Below are positions 24,456-36,300 of a DNA stretch of 64,000 nt, piece by piece. Position numbers and translations under genes: made by a program. Every line of letters begins with the position of its first letter. Positions within the stretch are counted from its first letter, which is position 1. Under the pieces are notes generated by a model. That model was not told the origin of the DNA. It searched no databases and was given only the letters and a program-made list of their open reading frames with translations. The stretch is from Selaginella moellendorffii (taxonomy: Eukaryota; Plantae; Lycopodiophyta), in the NCBI RefSeq assembly GCF_000143415.4, contig NW_003314309.1:987996-1051995 (forward strand), written 5' to 3'.

Positions 24456-26797
24456 TCTGAAAGTGCAGAAAAGAAGTTAAGACCATAAAAAAAATGATTG
24501 GAGAATGGCCTAAATCATAACATACCAAACAACCTCAATAGCATGAGGCCACATGCCATTATTCAAACATGCTATTGACACCCACGTGAAATTTCACATT
24601 CACAAAATTGGCATGAGGCCTCATGCCATCTTGATATACACACAGCTGCAGGCAAGTAAAAACATACATGACAATACACTAGCCATGAAATTGCAAGGGC
24701 CCAAGATGGCATGTGGCCTCATGCCATTTCTAAATGTGGTCCTAAGCCATTCCATGGTGAACATACCAGGAAGCACAAGTGCCGAATATCAAGAGGAAGC
24801 GGTAGCCACACCAAAGACAGTGCCGCTTGCAACACCGCAACTACTCGTAGCGCCGCTCGCAACACCGCAACTGCTCGTAGCACCGCTCGCACAAACTGCC
24901 ACTCGCATAAACTGCCGCTCGCAATGGCGCTTGCAATGCCGCAACCGCTCGTAGACGCATAAACCACAGCTCACAACGCCGCTTACACAAGCAGTGCTCA
25001 CTACGCTCAGCGGAACCAAGAACACGGCGCACAAAAATGATAGACCTAGGAATGAGTTCGAGAATTCAAAAATAACACACGCTTGAACGTCACATCAAAT
25101 CCTCTGACAAACCAGATCTTATGATTCCTCTGACAAATTTCAAACTGAGTAGCTTCTAGACTTTGCTGTCGGAGGTTGAACTTTGTCACATCATGTCCTT
25201 GCCTCGATCCAGCTGTGCCATGTCAGTGATTCGAACTTTGCCATGCCATGTCAGCGATCTGCGCCAAGATTATTCGCCGTGTAAAGGAATAATTATGCTG
25301 TGTGTGTACGTTCATTTATGGCAATATAAGGCCACATGCCATTCAAAGAATAATGCTAGTCGAGCATTTTTTGGTGCATTTTTGGGTTCAAAATTGCATG
25401 AGCCCACACGCTATAAAGTTTACCTATACCAAAAATAGAAATAGCTTTATTTACTTGGGAATTTAAGTGGTTGAGGCATTTTTAAACTTACAAACACATG
25501 CCCTACTTACATTCCTTTGGTTGCTTAAAATTCAAAAATATTATAAACCTTTCTTTTTGCATTTTCAATGTTTTCAATTATGGTTTTTGATTTTCGCAGG
25601 ACCAACCTAGTAATCTATTTGCATCCCGTCATGTTTATAGCTAGCTTTCGTTTGTCCCCTTCGCTAGCCTGAGATACATCTGCTCGGCATCTGCCTCTTA
25701 CAGCATTTGCCCAGAAAGGGCATCTTTCTTCATGCAGCATTTGCCACATGTTTAGGGTTTAGGGTTTAGCAATTCAGTAACTTGATAAACATGCAAATAC
25801 AGAACTTGATGCAAAATCCTTTGATATGTCAGGACCATAAACACATTTTAATAGAGAGGGTCCTTTCATTTCATAACTCCTTACGTAGATCTTGGTGAAA
25901 CCAGAGTTAGTGAAGTTGGTTTCTTGTGATCCCGCATCTGATTGTGATGTCCCTTTGCAGTGTCGATGGAAAGGTCAATGCACACCAAACTGTAGAATCT
26001 TGGAGCAAAATAACGGTCGGATCTATGGGAAATGCCCTTGAAACATTGTAAAGCTCGTGTGGTCTCATGTGGTGTCCGATCGAGATGCTTCTTTGCAGGG
26101 TCATCAAGAAGGACATTGTATACCATTCTTTATTTAGCTGAACATCTGGCATTTTTGGAAATACAAGATGCTTTGGAATATCCAATCATGCATGGTATAA
26201 ATATAGCGAGGGTATTAAATGATATCCCAATCATGATCTTTCTTTTGGATTTCGCGTGCATGCAGTCCGAGGAATGATGACGTTGCGGATTTCTTTTGGA
26301 TTTCACGTGCATGCATGCGCACGGCGATCCAGAAATTAATGGTGGCGCCCAAGTCCGAGGAATGATGACGTGGCGGGATTACTAACCGTCGTGACATTTC
26401 GCGCGTGTGAGGTTAGGTTTTGCATCGTACTCGCGCTCGCACACTCGCGCTCGCATCGCGCTCCCACTCGCGATCACGCTCACATTCGCGCTCATCTACC
26501 TTCTCTACAGGTTTCTCGTGTGCATCGGCGTCCACTCGCGCTTGCATCACACTTGTGCTCGCATCGCGCTCGTGTGCATCGGCGTCCACTTCAAAACACA
26601 CCTAGTTTGTAACTTCGCCGCCAACTCCACCGCCCACTCCGCCACCCACACGCAGCCCACTTGGCGTCCCGGGAGATTTCAGCGCCACTCTCAAACTGTA
26701 AGTGGCAGAGTAGCCTTGCTGCTACGATCCGCTGCACACATAGTGCACATTCGCCAGCGAGTCCGGCCTCGATTGTCACGCCTCCATTCGGCTTCAA

Positions 26798-29700
26798 ATG
26801 GTAAGTCTTTTAGGCCAAGTAGAAAATGGCATGAGGCCACATGCTATTCAGTAGCAACATTGGCATGCACCGATTGGGCTCTCGAGTGCAGTCCGGTTAC
26901 AGATGGCGTGTAGCCTCACGCCATCTTAGGATGCAACCTCAAGACATCTGATGCAGTGGTGAATGGTGTGTGGCCTCACGTTATTTCCAGCTGCTAGTTT
27001 TTCATCTATCAGCTCTAATTGTTGTGCATTTCTGAACAGGCGAGGAATTGCGTTCTTCTTCCAGCCACTGTCAATGTGGATGCAAAGAAGGGGGAGGAGC
27101 TCACCAGTTGGACTTTTGGGATGGAAGGCGAGGATCTGAGGCTGTACAACATAGATGGTGGGAGAAAAGAATGCATAGGGATCCTCATCCAAGTGACAGA
27201 CACTCCATGCAGTTCCATGCAAGAATATGGACTGGCACTTGTGGTAGAGACAGCATCCGCCTTCAAGATCCACCTTGCACATCCTAGCGGCTTCCCGGAG
27301 GGGGGCAGCGGCTATGAGGAATTCCTAGAGGGAACTAGGGAGAGGTTGTCCAGGAGGCCCACAATTTCAAAGACGTTGCGGGTCTATGAAGATCACATGG
27401 AATCCACGGACCTCACCTACGGCGATGTTCAAAAACTATATTCCAACATTGAGCCATTGAGAGTGCCTCCAGTTCGCGAAGCGAAGGGGAAGGTGGTCGA
27501 TCTGGAAACTACCCCGAAGCAGAAAAGGGTGGTCAAGCTCAAGCCGACGTCCGACTCTCCTGCTCCAAAAAAGAAGCTACTCGGTGATGCCATTGCCTCG
27601 GGTTTGAACACTACACCCACCAAAAAGAAGAGCCGCAAAGAGCAGAAAGAGCAAGAAGAGGCAGCAAAAATCGTCGCAGATAATAGTACTTGTTACTATT
27701 CCAACAAAGTATATACAATCGACGTAAGCCGTATCGACATCCAAAGCAAATACAACCACAGGCTAGTATCTGATGAGTGGGTGGAGAAACTGAAGCAGAA
27801 GATGCTGGCAAGTCCAGTAACACTCGACATCGCAGACGTGATCCCCTACTACCGAACAATGAAGGGTGAGACGAGGTTTCCAGACTTGATCAATAGGAAG
27901 GTGTTGGACGATCAGAACATCTGGTTCTATGCCGTCTCCGGGCAGCATTCTAGCTTGGTGATGCAAGAGATAGTTGTGGATATTATGGTGGGCGAGGAGG
28001 TGAAGAAAGTCTTCAAGACAAGAGTTGTCCGCCTGATAAAAGGCAACTCGCCCCTCCGATCTATCATATACATCTCCCACGCACAGAATGTCAAGCAAGA
28101 AACGTGCTACAAATTGGGTCTGCACGAGACATTGGCACGAACACGGAAGCTCTGGGTTCAACTGAAGAAGCCACAAAAACTAGGATAAAGATGTGCACTA
28201 GCAACTAGCGCCTAGTAGGTAAGCCTCATTGCATGTGGCATAGCATGTGGCCTCACGCCATTTCCATTGCAGGAATTCTCGAGTCTTCTCTCGAAAACAC
28301 TGGGGGTCAATGACACACTCAGCATCCATAACATTCTACTCGCGACAAAAGTTGTTTTTGACAAATGGGTAGATGTGCTGAGGAGGTACCATGATGGGGA
28401 GTTGCTAAACTCAATGGGTGTGGAAGACGGCCGGAAGCCCAATGATTTGAAGCTCAACGCCTTGTGTTTCTCGTGGTCTCTAGACGACGATGACCTTCTG
28501 ACAGTGGCTAATGCTCTTCTATGTGGTGAGGTAGTCTTCAACAAGACCAAAATGACTCCTGGCCATATTGTGACATACGAGGACTTGTGCACGACTCTGA
28601 GAGCTCGTGCGCTATTGAAGGATTGGATCTTCGAGCAAGTGGCCGTGGAGAGGGTGAGCATCGACACCACGCAAGAGATGATGGAAGAGCTGGAGTTGTC
28701 AAATGAAGACATCGACGAGTACGTGAAGGGGGCCCCCAAGTTCATCGATCTGCTGCGGGATGCCATGAAAAGTAAAGCTGAGAAGTTGGATCAGTATCCA
28801 AATTTCATTAAGAGGGATGTCGACCGCCGGCTTCAGAAACAGCTCGACCCCACAGCAGAGGCCTATCGAGAACCTTACCGGGTATACGTGAATTCGGATG
28901 AGGATCAAAGGTGGAGGAGCATCGTTTCCCGTGAAGATGAGCAGGTCAAGAACATCTTTTGTGTGATGGACTTCACAAACGAGGAGATCACTCATGCAGA
29001 CGAAGTCAGCTCCATCATTGACTTAATGGTGGGACTTGCGGAGGTGGAATCTTCAGTCCACTATATGATCTACGACTCCGAATCCTATCACAAGTTCTGG
29101 AAGGCCTTGAACGAGGTGAAGGCTCGGTTGAAAGGCAAGGAGATGCAGGAGATCCATGGGATAATGGCTAAGAAGAAGATACCAACGAATGTTCGCATCT
29201 TCACACTCGCCCTTGTTATTGGTCCTGCAGTAGAGTGGGACTGGAGTGACTTCCCAGCTTCGTTCGACAAGGCCGATCGAATTGATCTGAGGGAGGTCAA
29301 TTTACCCGTGCCTGAGGAACTGAAGACGGCTATGGAGCTTTCGAATCCAGAGAAAGCTCCAGGTGCAGCATGGGAAATGCTCAGCTGGGTCTTCAATGCA
29401 ATAGTGGGTGGGTCACCTGCTTCCGACTCCAAGGGCAAATGCGTTGTCGAGTACAACTGCGGCGGACTATTCTTTCGAGCCGCACTACTCAAGGGTGTCC
29501 TGTGTGTTGCGGTGACAAACTCCATTGAAGAGGTGACTTCAATGGAGCATATAATTACAATTGCCAAAGAAAAACAGTATCTTCTCTGCGAACCTGGTGA
29601 GTACGCACTTTAAGTTTAAATGTTATCTCACAAGCTCTGTATGCAGGAGCGTGGCCACCCCCAGATGCTGAAACGGCGTTAACAGCTACTGTTGAAGATA

Positions 29701-31935
29701 CCCATATTGGGCCGAGCTCACAACCTGCACAAGGTAAGGTCACGTGAGGCCTCATGCCATTTTGATTATAGATCGTTGTGAATATTCAGACACGAGGACT
29801 GAAAAGCGCACTGGTGGCGTGTCGAAGAAGGACAAACAGACAAGCAATAGGAAAAAAAGGAGGTACAAATTATATTTGCAATGGTGTGTGGTCTCATGCC
29901 ATTCCTTGCAGGAGACACTTCTTCAAAGGCAAAACAGGCAAGCACCAGCCAAGCTCAAACTGACAGTGGTCATAAAAAGCGAAAGCACGTTGGACAGTCG
30001 TCGGGATCAGAGGCGTTTGATTCGAAAAGGAAGAAGGGCAACGAAAAGATGATAGGTAATGCCTCGCGGTTATGGCGTGTGTGCTCATGCCATTCATTGT
30101 AGATCAAGGGCTGAGTGAAAGTAGCCAGTCACCACCTCCTGACTCAGATTCCTATGGCGGACTCCCCTTCCCTAATCTCAATGGAGAGGTACAATGGATG
30201 AGGGATGCTTTTCAAGTCAGGGCCACGTTTTTTTCATCTCGTCGTCTTCGAAGGGTGCAAGAACGTGCAAAAACCATGTTAAGACAGTCGGGTGAGGATA
30301 CGGTCCTAGGTCACGCACTAAAACAGGCTATGGATGTCTCGTATTTTGAGATGGAGACTCGGCCAGATGATTTTCCCAAGATGGTCCTGAAAGAACAAGC
30401 CATCCAGCCTGAGCAGCCTATAGAAGAAATGCAGGAGGGGGATGAGGAGCCAGAGAAAGATAATGAGCAGGAAGAGCAGAAGGACGAAGAGGAGGACAAA
30501 GAAGAGGAGGACGAAGAAGAGGAGGACGAAAAGGACTTGGATGGTCCCCACAATGGTGACGATCACAATAATGACAACGACGATGATGACGACGATGGCC
30601 AGCCTGAGGTGGCCAAAGAGCAGCGGAGGAAGGTCATACAAGACAAACCATCAGGTAAATAATAGTACATCCATTCCTAACCTTTTACCATTTCTAACAT
30701 TGTCCATGTAGGTTGCAAAGCAAATGGTAAGTAGAGATTATTAAGTTGAATTAAGATACAAACTCTAGCCTTTAGTGTCGAGGAAGGATAGTGCCAAGCA
30801 AGGGTCGAAACGTATGTCCAATCCTTCAGAATCAGCAGTGCGCCCAAGTGATATCGGTCCTAGTTCCTCAATAGCAGTTGATGGTAAATACAATATAGTC
30901 GATTCAATGTGCTAATGAGTTTGTTTTTAGTAGCCAGTAGGAGGATACCATCTCAATCGAAGGGAGATATTTGGACATGCATATGGATCCGCCAATGGAC
31001 TCTACTTACCTGCAAGAGTTATCAGAGCTGGTGGAGGCTACTATCCATATCAACGCCAAGCAAGTTGACCACGCTCCACTTGATGCTGCCCATACCACTG
31101 AGTCAATCTTGTCCACGTATCCAACTGACGGTGACCAGGTGCCATTGGATCCACATGAGGCCGCCCCAGCCGCCAAGCCAGTCGTATCCTCATTTCCAAC
31201 GGACTCAACGTGTGCCCAATCGTCTGACTACACACCGTTGGAACCTCCCTACACCGCCCCTGCTGCCTGTTCGGTCATGTCCACTTTGCCAACGGAGGCA
31301 CCAGCTGAAATGGCGTGTGATCACACGCCATCGGAACCACCCCATGCCACTGTTGAGCCAGTTGTACCAAAGTCTACAGCTGAAATGGCATGTGCCCACA
31401 CGCCATCGGATGCGATTGACCCCACATTGCAGAGGAGAGTATTTCCGCCCTTCACGTTTCCTCGACCAAAACCCTCTCAACGACCATCGGGAGCACCATT
31501 CGCTAATATTGTAGATGGTAAAATTGACTTGTACCATTTTTTATGCTGACGCATTTCATTTCAGAGTCACAGCAAAGGTACTGTATCGTTTTTGATCTGA
31601 ACGGTGTCCTTTTCTCCCATGAGCGTGGCTCGTCCTCGAATGTCACTGCACCCTCCAAAGCCTGCGGTCACAAGTTGGTCAAAAGAGACAGATTCACATT
31701 AATCACACGGGAGAAACTGCGGGATCTAATAATGACCATGCGACACTTAAAACAGAGGGCCGAGTTCAATTTGCAATTGGGAGTTTGGACATCCATGATG
31801 CGCCACAATGCATTAACGTTGCTACAGATGATGCACGATCAGACGCGAGTAATATTACCATTTGACTTTCTCCTAACGCAAGAGGATTGCTTGACTATGG
31901 TCCATGTGAGGGGTAGCAAGCCCATCTTGGGATAA
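26798..31935 (+). pseudogene. Multi-exon Sola1 cargo gene: ParB/Srx-like domain + degenerate amino-MTase-like fold + acidic linker + HAD/FCP1-like domain
   Basis: ATG 26798 splices in frame (intron 26801-27039). ParB-like TIDVSRI...RLVSDEWVEKLKQKM...FYAVSGQHS (~27710-27950). MTase-like tail WEMLSWVF...KCVVEYNCGGLFFRAALLKGVLCVAV (~29370-29520). Short GT-AG introns 28219-28272, 29597-29646, 29734-29789, 29863-29911, 30056-30102. In-frame stops at 28186-28218. Whether the HAD exon belongs to the same transcript is uncertain. Confidence 0.65.
31543..31935 (+). CDS. HAD-superfamily FCP1/NIF-like phosphatase domain, ending next to the Sola1 right TIR
   Basis: YCIVFDLNGVL (motif I-like), LGVWTSMMRHNA (motif II), FDFLLTQEDC. 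The later HAD motifs are absent. Confidence 0.7.
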   Translation: MLTHFISESQQRYCIVFDLNGVLFSHERGSSSNVTAPSKACGHKLVKRDRFTLITREKLRDLIMTMRHLKQRAEFNLQLGVWTSMMRHNALTLLQMMHDQTRVILPFDFLLTQEDCLTMVHVRGSKPILG

Positions 31936-31974
31936 TGGGATAATGACAATTCCCACTTTAACGAAATAGAGCTT

Positions 31975-32612
31975 AAATACCCACCACAATGAACCATGGA
32001 CACTGTGCCTTCGAAATGTTGGAAATGTGTAGTCTTGATCTTGCACCAGTTGTGGACATCCTGCTTCGTCTCCATCCCCTTTCATTTTGAGCTGACAAGA
32101 GGTGGTAGTTCAAAGAAGATATTGCCATTGTATGTAGATGGGAGCTCGCTAACAGGCCTATGCAGAAAGGAACGAACATTGATAGAGAGGCAGGAAAACT
32201 GGAAAGCATTGCAAACAGCTTGGAATATCAGTGAAGTTGAAGTTTGGAAATTCTTGGCTCGCATTGGACTAACATCTCCACTAGAACTAGAAGAGGAAGA
32301 AATGATGACAACCAACTCTTGCTTCACATTCACTTTAGCAGGATCACAGCCTCGCACTTTGATTGGAGATCCAAAAACTCGAATCTCTTTCGACTTTGAA
32401 TGTTGCAAATCCCAATGTTATCCACCTTCACCTACACCCGAAAGAAGAAACTCCGATCGTTTAACTACACCAATGTTGTTGCGAATCACAGCTTCCAATG
32501 AAATAGAACCGAGAGAAAGATCGAAACGTCGGCAAAGAAAACTTTCTGAAATAAGACTTTGGGAGAAAGAAAGCGGTGGGTGATCTTGGTAATGCAAAAG
32601 GAAACCCTCCAT
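31975..32612 (-). pseudogene. MULE transposase, N-terminal part
   Basis: One frame with stops: ...LPSTYNGNIFFELPP...HNWCKIKTT...VHCGGYL, which joins DCVNKAC at ~20017 once Sola1 is removed. Confidence 0.8.
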
Positions 32613-33005
32613 TTTGTTGCCTTTAGGTTTTGGAACTTTGAACTTTTATAACGAAATGTCACCTCACATGTGCTATGCCATTATGTGAAAAGATAGGGGG
32701 ATTTTATTCTAGGATCTAACATCGAATAATGTTGTTATAATAAATTCTGTATGAAGTATATAAGACTATGTTGTACAATATTAAAAGTCTATATACATTG
32801 AATTCAAAAACATACTCAAATTTATTATATGCACTAACTTTTGGTAGAACGGAAAGAAATATCACCTCAAGCATGTGCCATAATATGAAAGATAGGAATG
32901 ATTTTATTCTAGGATCTACCATCAACCAATTGTTGCCAAATAAATTAAATATTGTACATATTTTCAGTACTTCATTAAAGCTAGAAATCATCACATTCTT
33001 CTGAA

Positions 33006-33268
33006 CTTGCGTGCCAAGTGCTTGGCCCGGGCATTTGGCCCAAGCCGGCCTTGGCACTTGGAGGCGGACCGGCGCCCGTACCAAGCGCCAAGGCCAACCG
33101 CCCGCGAGCCGGCCTTGGTGTTTGGAGGTGGGCCGGTTCTCTAGTGAACCGGCCCGCCTCCAAGTGCCAAGGCAAGGTTCTCGGACGGTTGGCCTTGGTG
33201 CAGGCTGGCCAAGGTGCTTGGGGGCGGCCTGGTTCGCCAGTGAACTGGCGCCTGCACCAAGCCCACGC
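33006..33268. repeat. GC-rich cluster of CCAAG/CTTGG motifs with inverted repeats, between the divergent MULE genes
   Basis: Repeated CCTTGGCACTTGGAGGCGG-type units in both orientations; near-perfect hairpin at 33113-33172. Confidence 0.75.
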
Positions 33269-33323
33269 CCTGTTCCACTCTTCTTATGCATTTATAATTT
33301 ATAATGAGTTTTTTTTATTTTCA

Positions 33324-36300
33324 GAAACAGAAGCAACTACAAAAGGAGAGGGATGTTGGATCAAAGAGAAGACATGAGGAAGATGAGATCCAGGACAACA
33401 ATCAAGTTGACCTTCAGATAGAGATTTCCACAGTGACAACTCTACCGTCTTCCCAACCAGATAGCTCCAGTCCACATGCACCCCCACCACCGCCATCGAT
33501 GCCACCACCACCATTACCACCGCCACCACCTTCACCACCATTACCACCACCGCCACCTTTACCTTCATCACCACCATTACCACCACCGTCATCACCACCA
33601 TTACCACCACCGTCATCACCACCATTACCACCACCATTACCACCACCACTGTCATCACCACCATTACCACCACCACTACCACCACCACTGTCATCACCAC
33701 CATTACCACCACCACCGCCACCATCATCACCACCACCAGCGCAACCATTGTCATCACTACCATTGCTGCCACAACCACAAATGCCACTACTCTTAACATA
33801 TTCATAAAATATGCCAGAAACAGAGCAGTGCCCAAGTGCGCTTGATGGTGGTGTTGGGCCCAAGTTGGGGGCTAGATCTGATAATGGTGCTATTGGAGGT
33901 GTAGCTGAAGCTGAAAGAGAAGTGGAGCTACCTGAACACATTGTCAACAAGCGCTTCCAAGAGACAGTTTTGAAAACTAAAGAGAAGGCCATTCACACGA
34001 CTCTGGAGTCTCTCAAGTGGGAAGGCCTAGGGCACATGATCCGAGAAATCCCACTATGTCGATTCACTCAAACAAGCATCGTTCGGTCTGCTTCACCGCA
34101 CTTCGTCAACATGGACATCTATAGTCTGTACAAACAGAATGGCCTTGGGACAAACATAGGTATGTTCCTTGTTTCAGTCTTCAAGCCAAGAACGACAAAT
34201 ACCCTCTTGGTGTCACTGGAAATCGAGAGGGATTGGGATGACATTTGGAAAATGAAGTTCTGTGAATTTGACATCAAGCTTATGAGCCATCCTAAGACTC
34301 AACAATTTGTGGGGAAAATGTTCTACATTATCGACGGGAATCATCGCTGGTGCGCGTGGATGAAGTGCATCCGAGAATGCTTCCGAGACGATCCTGTCTA
34401 TCACATCAATGTTCCGGTTGGACATGTACACGCGAGAGGATCTCTAGATGTGGCAAGGCTTGTGATAGCTTGCCAGTCCTCTCCCTCTTCAATCACTTTT
34501 AACAATTTGTGTTTTGCAGGCTGGGACAGTTTGCAGTGCAGAAACAAAGCCTAGTACATGATATCGAGCAGATCCGGTTTCTTGCCAATCTCGACGAGGA
34601 TGCAGTCCGCAGCCACTATGGTGATGATTTAGCATCACTTATTCGGCATCAACGAGGTCATCAGGATGCCAATAGATGGTACAAGAATCTAGTGGCTTTT
34701 ATGACAACTGTGTGGAGTAAGGTATGTTCTTTCAAGTATACTTCTTATCATAGAATGTTTGTGTTGTCTTCAGCCATTAGTGAAGGTTAAGCAAGATGCA
34801 TATGCACAGTCGCATCGAGCTGAAAATGATCAAGAACTCTCAGAGCATTTAGCTACAATTGACAAAAAAATCAACAACACAAAGAAGACAAAGGTAAAGA
34901 AATTACTTAGTGTGGCTGACCCTCGACGCCCAAAGGAGTGGTTCGATATTATAACAGAGATTGCTTGTCATGAAAGTAAGTATTGTTTGTGTTTACATGA
35001 AGGTTCTCACAAAAGTTATTTTTTCATGGGCAAGACTCCAGATGAGATTATTTACAACATCTCAAAGTCAAAGCTTACATATGAGGAACAGATACACATT
35101 CTGAACGACCTCAATAATAGACTCAGGGAAGGAGAAAAAGGTTTGGACAGTATGATGGAGATTGTGATGAGGAGGACTGTCTATATTTCACAAACTGTAT
35201 ATGAAGGGGAGATGTTTCTAGTGCCTTTCATAGGGGATGATTCTGAGCAACTTCCATTTAAGGATTTCGTCACCATTGAGCTTACAAAACTTGGAGAGGA
35301 CTGACTGCCAAAGAAGGCCACAAGCACGACTCCATTTGATAAACAACTTGGCCAACTTTACTTCATGCGTCGAGCGGCTTTCAAGTAACATACAATTTCT
35401 CAACTATACTCAATTGTTTATATTCTATTATAGGTATCTCCAATATAGAGGCGTTCCTCTCGAAACACCGGTATGCACACGCCTCCTAAGGCATGGTGTG
35501 AGAGATGGAGGCATGTACCCGACAACAATGAAGTTTCCAGCAGCAATAAAGCACGCTTGTCCTTGGGAATTGGAGATGCCAGATTATGAACCAACCCACC
35601 ATGAGGCTGCAAGAGGCAACAATGATGGCGAAGATGATGGCCATGAGAATGTCGACCCTGTTGGTGCCAATGGCGAGCAGAGTAAAGATGGCGGTGAGAA
35701 CGAGATTCTTCGAGACGAAGTCGAGCAAGAGAACTAGAACGTCCAAGAAGTTCTACCTCGACGAAAGCATGCAAATCCACATCTGGAGGAATTAGTCAAC
35801 AGTGATGATGATCGTCCAAGACGTCCCCGTAACCGAGGAACTTCTCGAGGTATATTTCTTTTAATTCTCTCCTTTTCTTAGTTCCTTAAAATGGTTGTAG
35901 CAAAAACTGTCGGGAGTAACTTCATTCCAGCTCGTCTTGATGCTCGAGAAGAGGACTTGGAGGAACTTACATCTACCACACACCACATGACGGTATGTAA
36001 ATTTTTCTTAAATTCACATCTTATCTTTGTCTTCTCCCCCTAGATTCACCCTGTATCTCCAGTGGCATTCCATGGTGAAGTTGGGATCTTTATTGGCTCC
36101 TATAGTTCATTGATGGCATCTTTTGAGGAGGATGCTGAGAATATGGCTATCCGGCAAAAGTGGGAGCGCTTTTGTCAGAAGATCCAGGCGACCGCTCAAG
36201 AGCACAAACTTCATGCTCTTTGACATGCCAGATGGTCTTCCAGACGCTAATGGTGATGTCCCAAGCTGGAACAACCTGACTAAAGACCACTTAAAGGATG

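Larger units (their letters stand above)
20565..31405. repeat. Dispersed family of ~20 palindromic 20-mers, consensus TGGCRTGWGGCCWCAYGCCA
   Basis: Copies start at 20565, 20655, 21255, 21415, 21561, 22879, 22936, 24539, 24609 (perfect palindrome), 24707, 25394, 26827, 26904, 26964, 28241, 29740, 29882, 30073, 31311 (perfect palindrome) and 31386. Confidence 0.92.
20022..31974. mobile_element. Sola1-type DNA transposon (~11.95 kb) inserted in the MULE transposase gene
   Basis: TIR A(T/A)GCTCTATTTCGTTAAAGTGGGA at 20022-20045 and inverted at 31951-31974. 4-bp TSD AAAT at 20018-20021 and 31975-31978 fits the AWWT preference of Sola1. Excision restores CGGYL|DCVNKAC in the MULE transposase. Confidence 0.88.

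Noticed and set aside
25751-25769. Interstitial telomere (TTTAGGG)n
   Set aside because: Fewer than three units; at most a telo-box.
33299-33992. Extensin-, His-rich or Gly-rich protein ORFs
   Set aside because: A single (CCA)n-type low-complexity tract. The Pro-rich frame is continuous with the ParB-MTase gene and the others are shadow frames.
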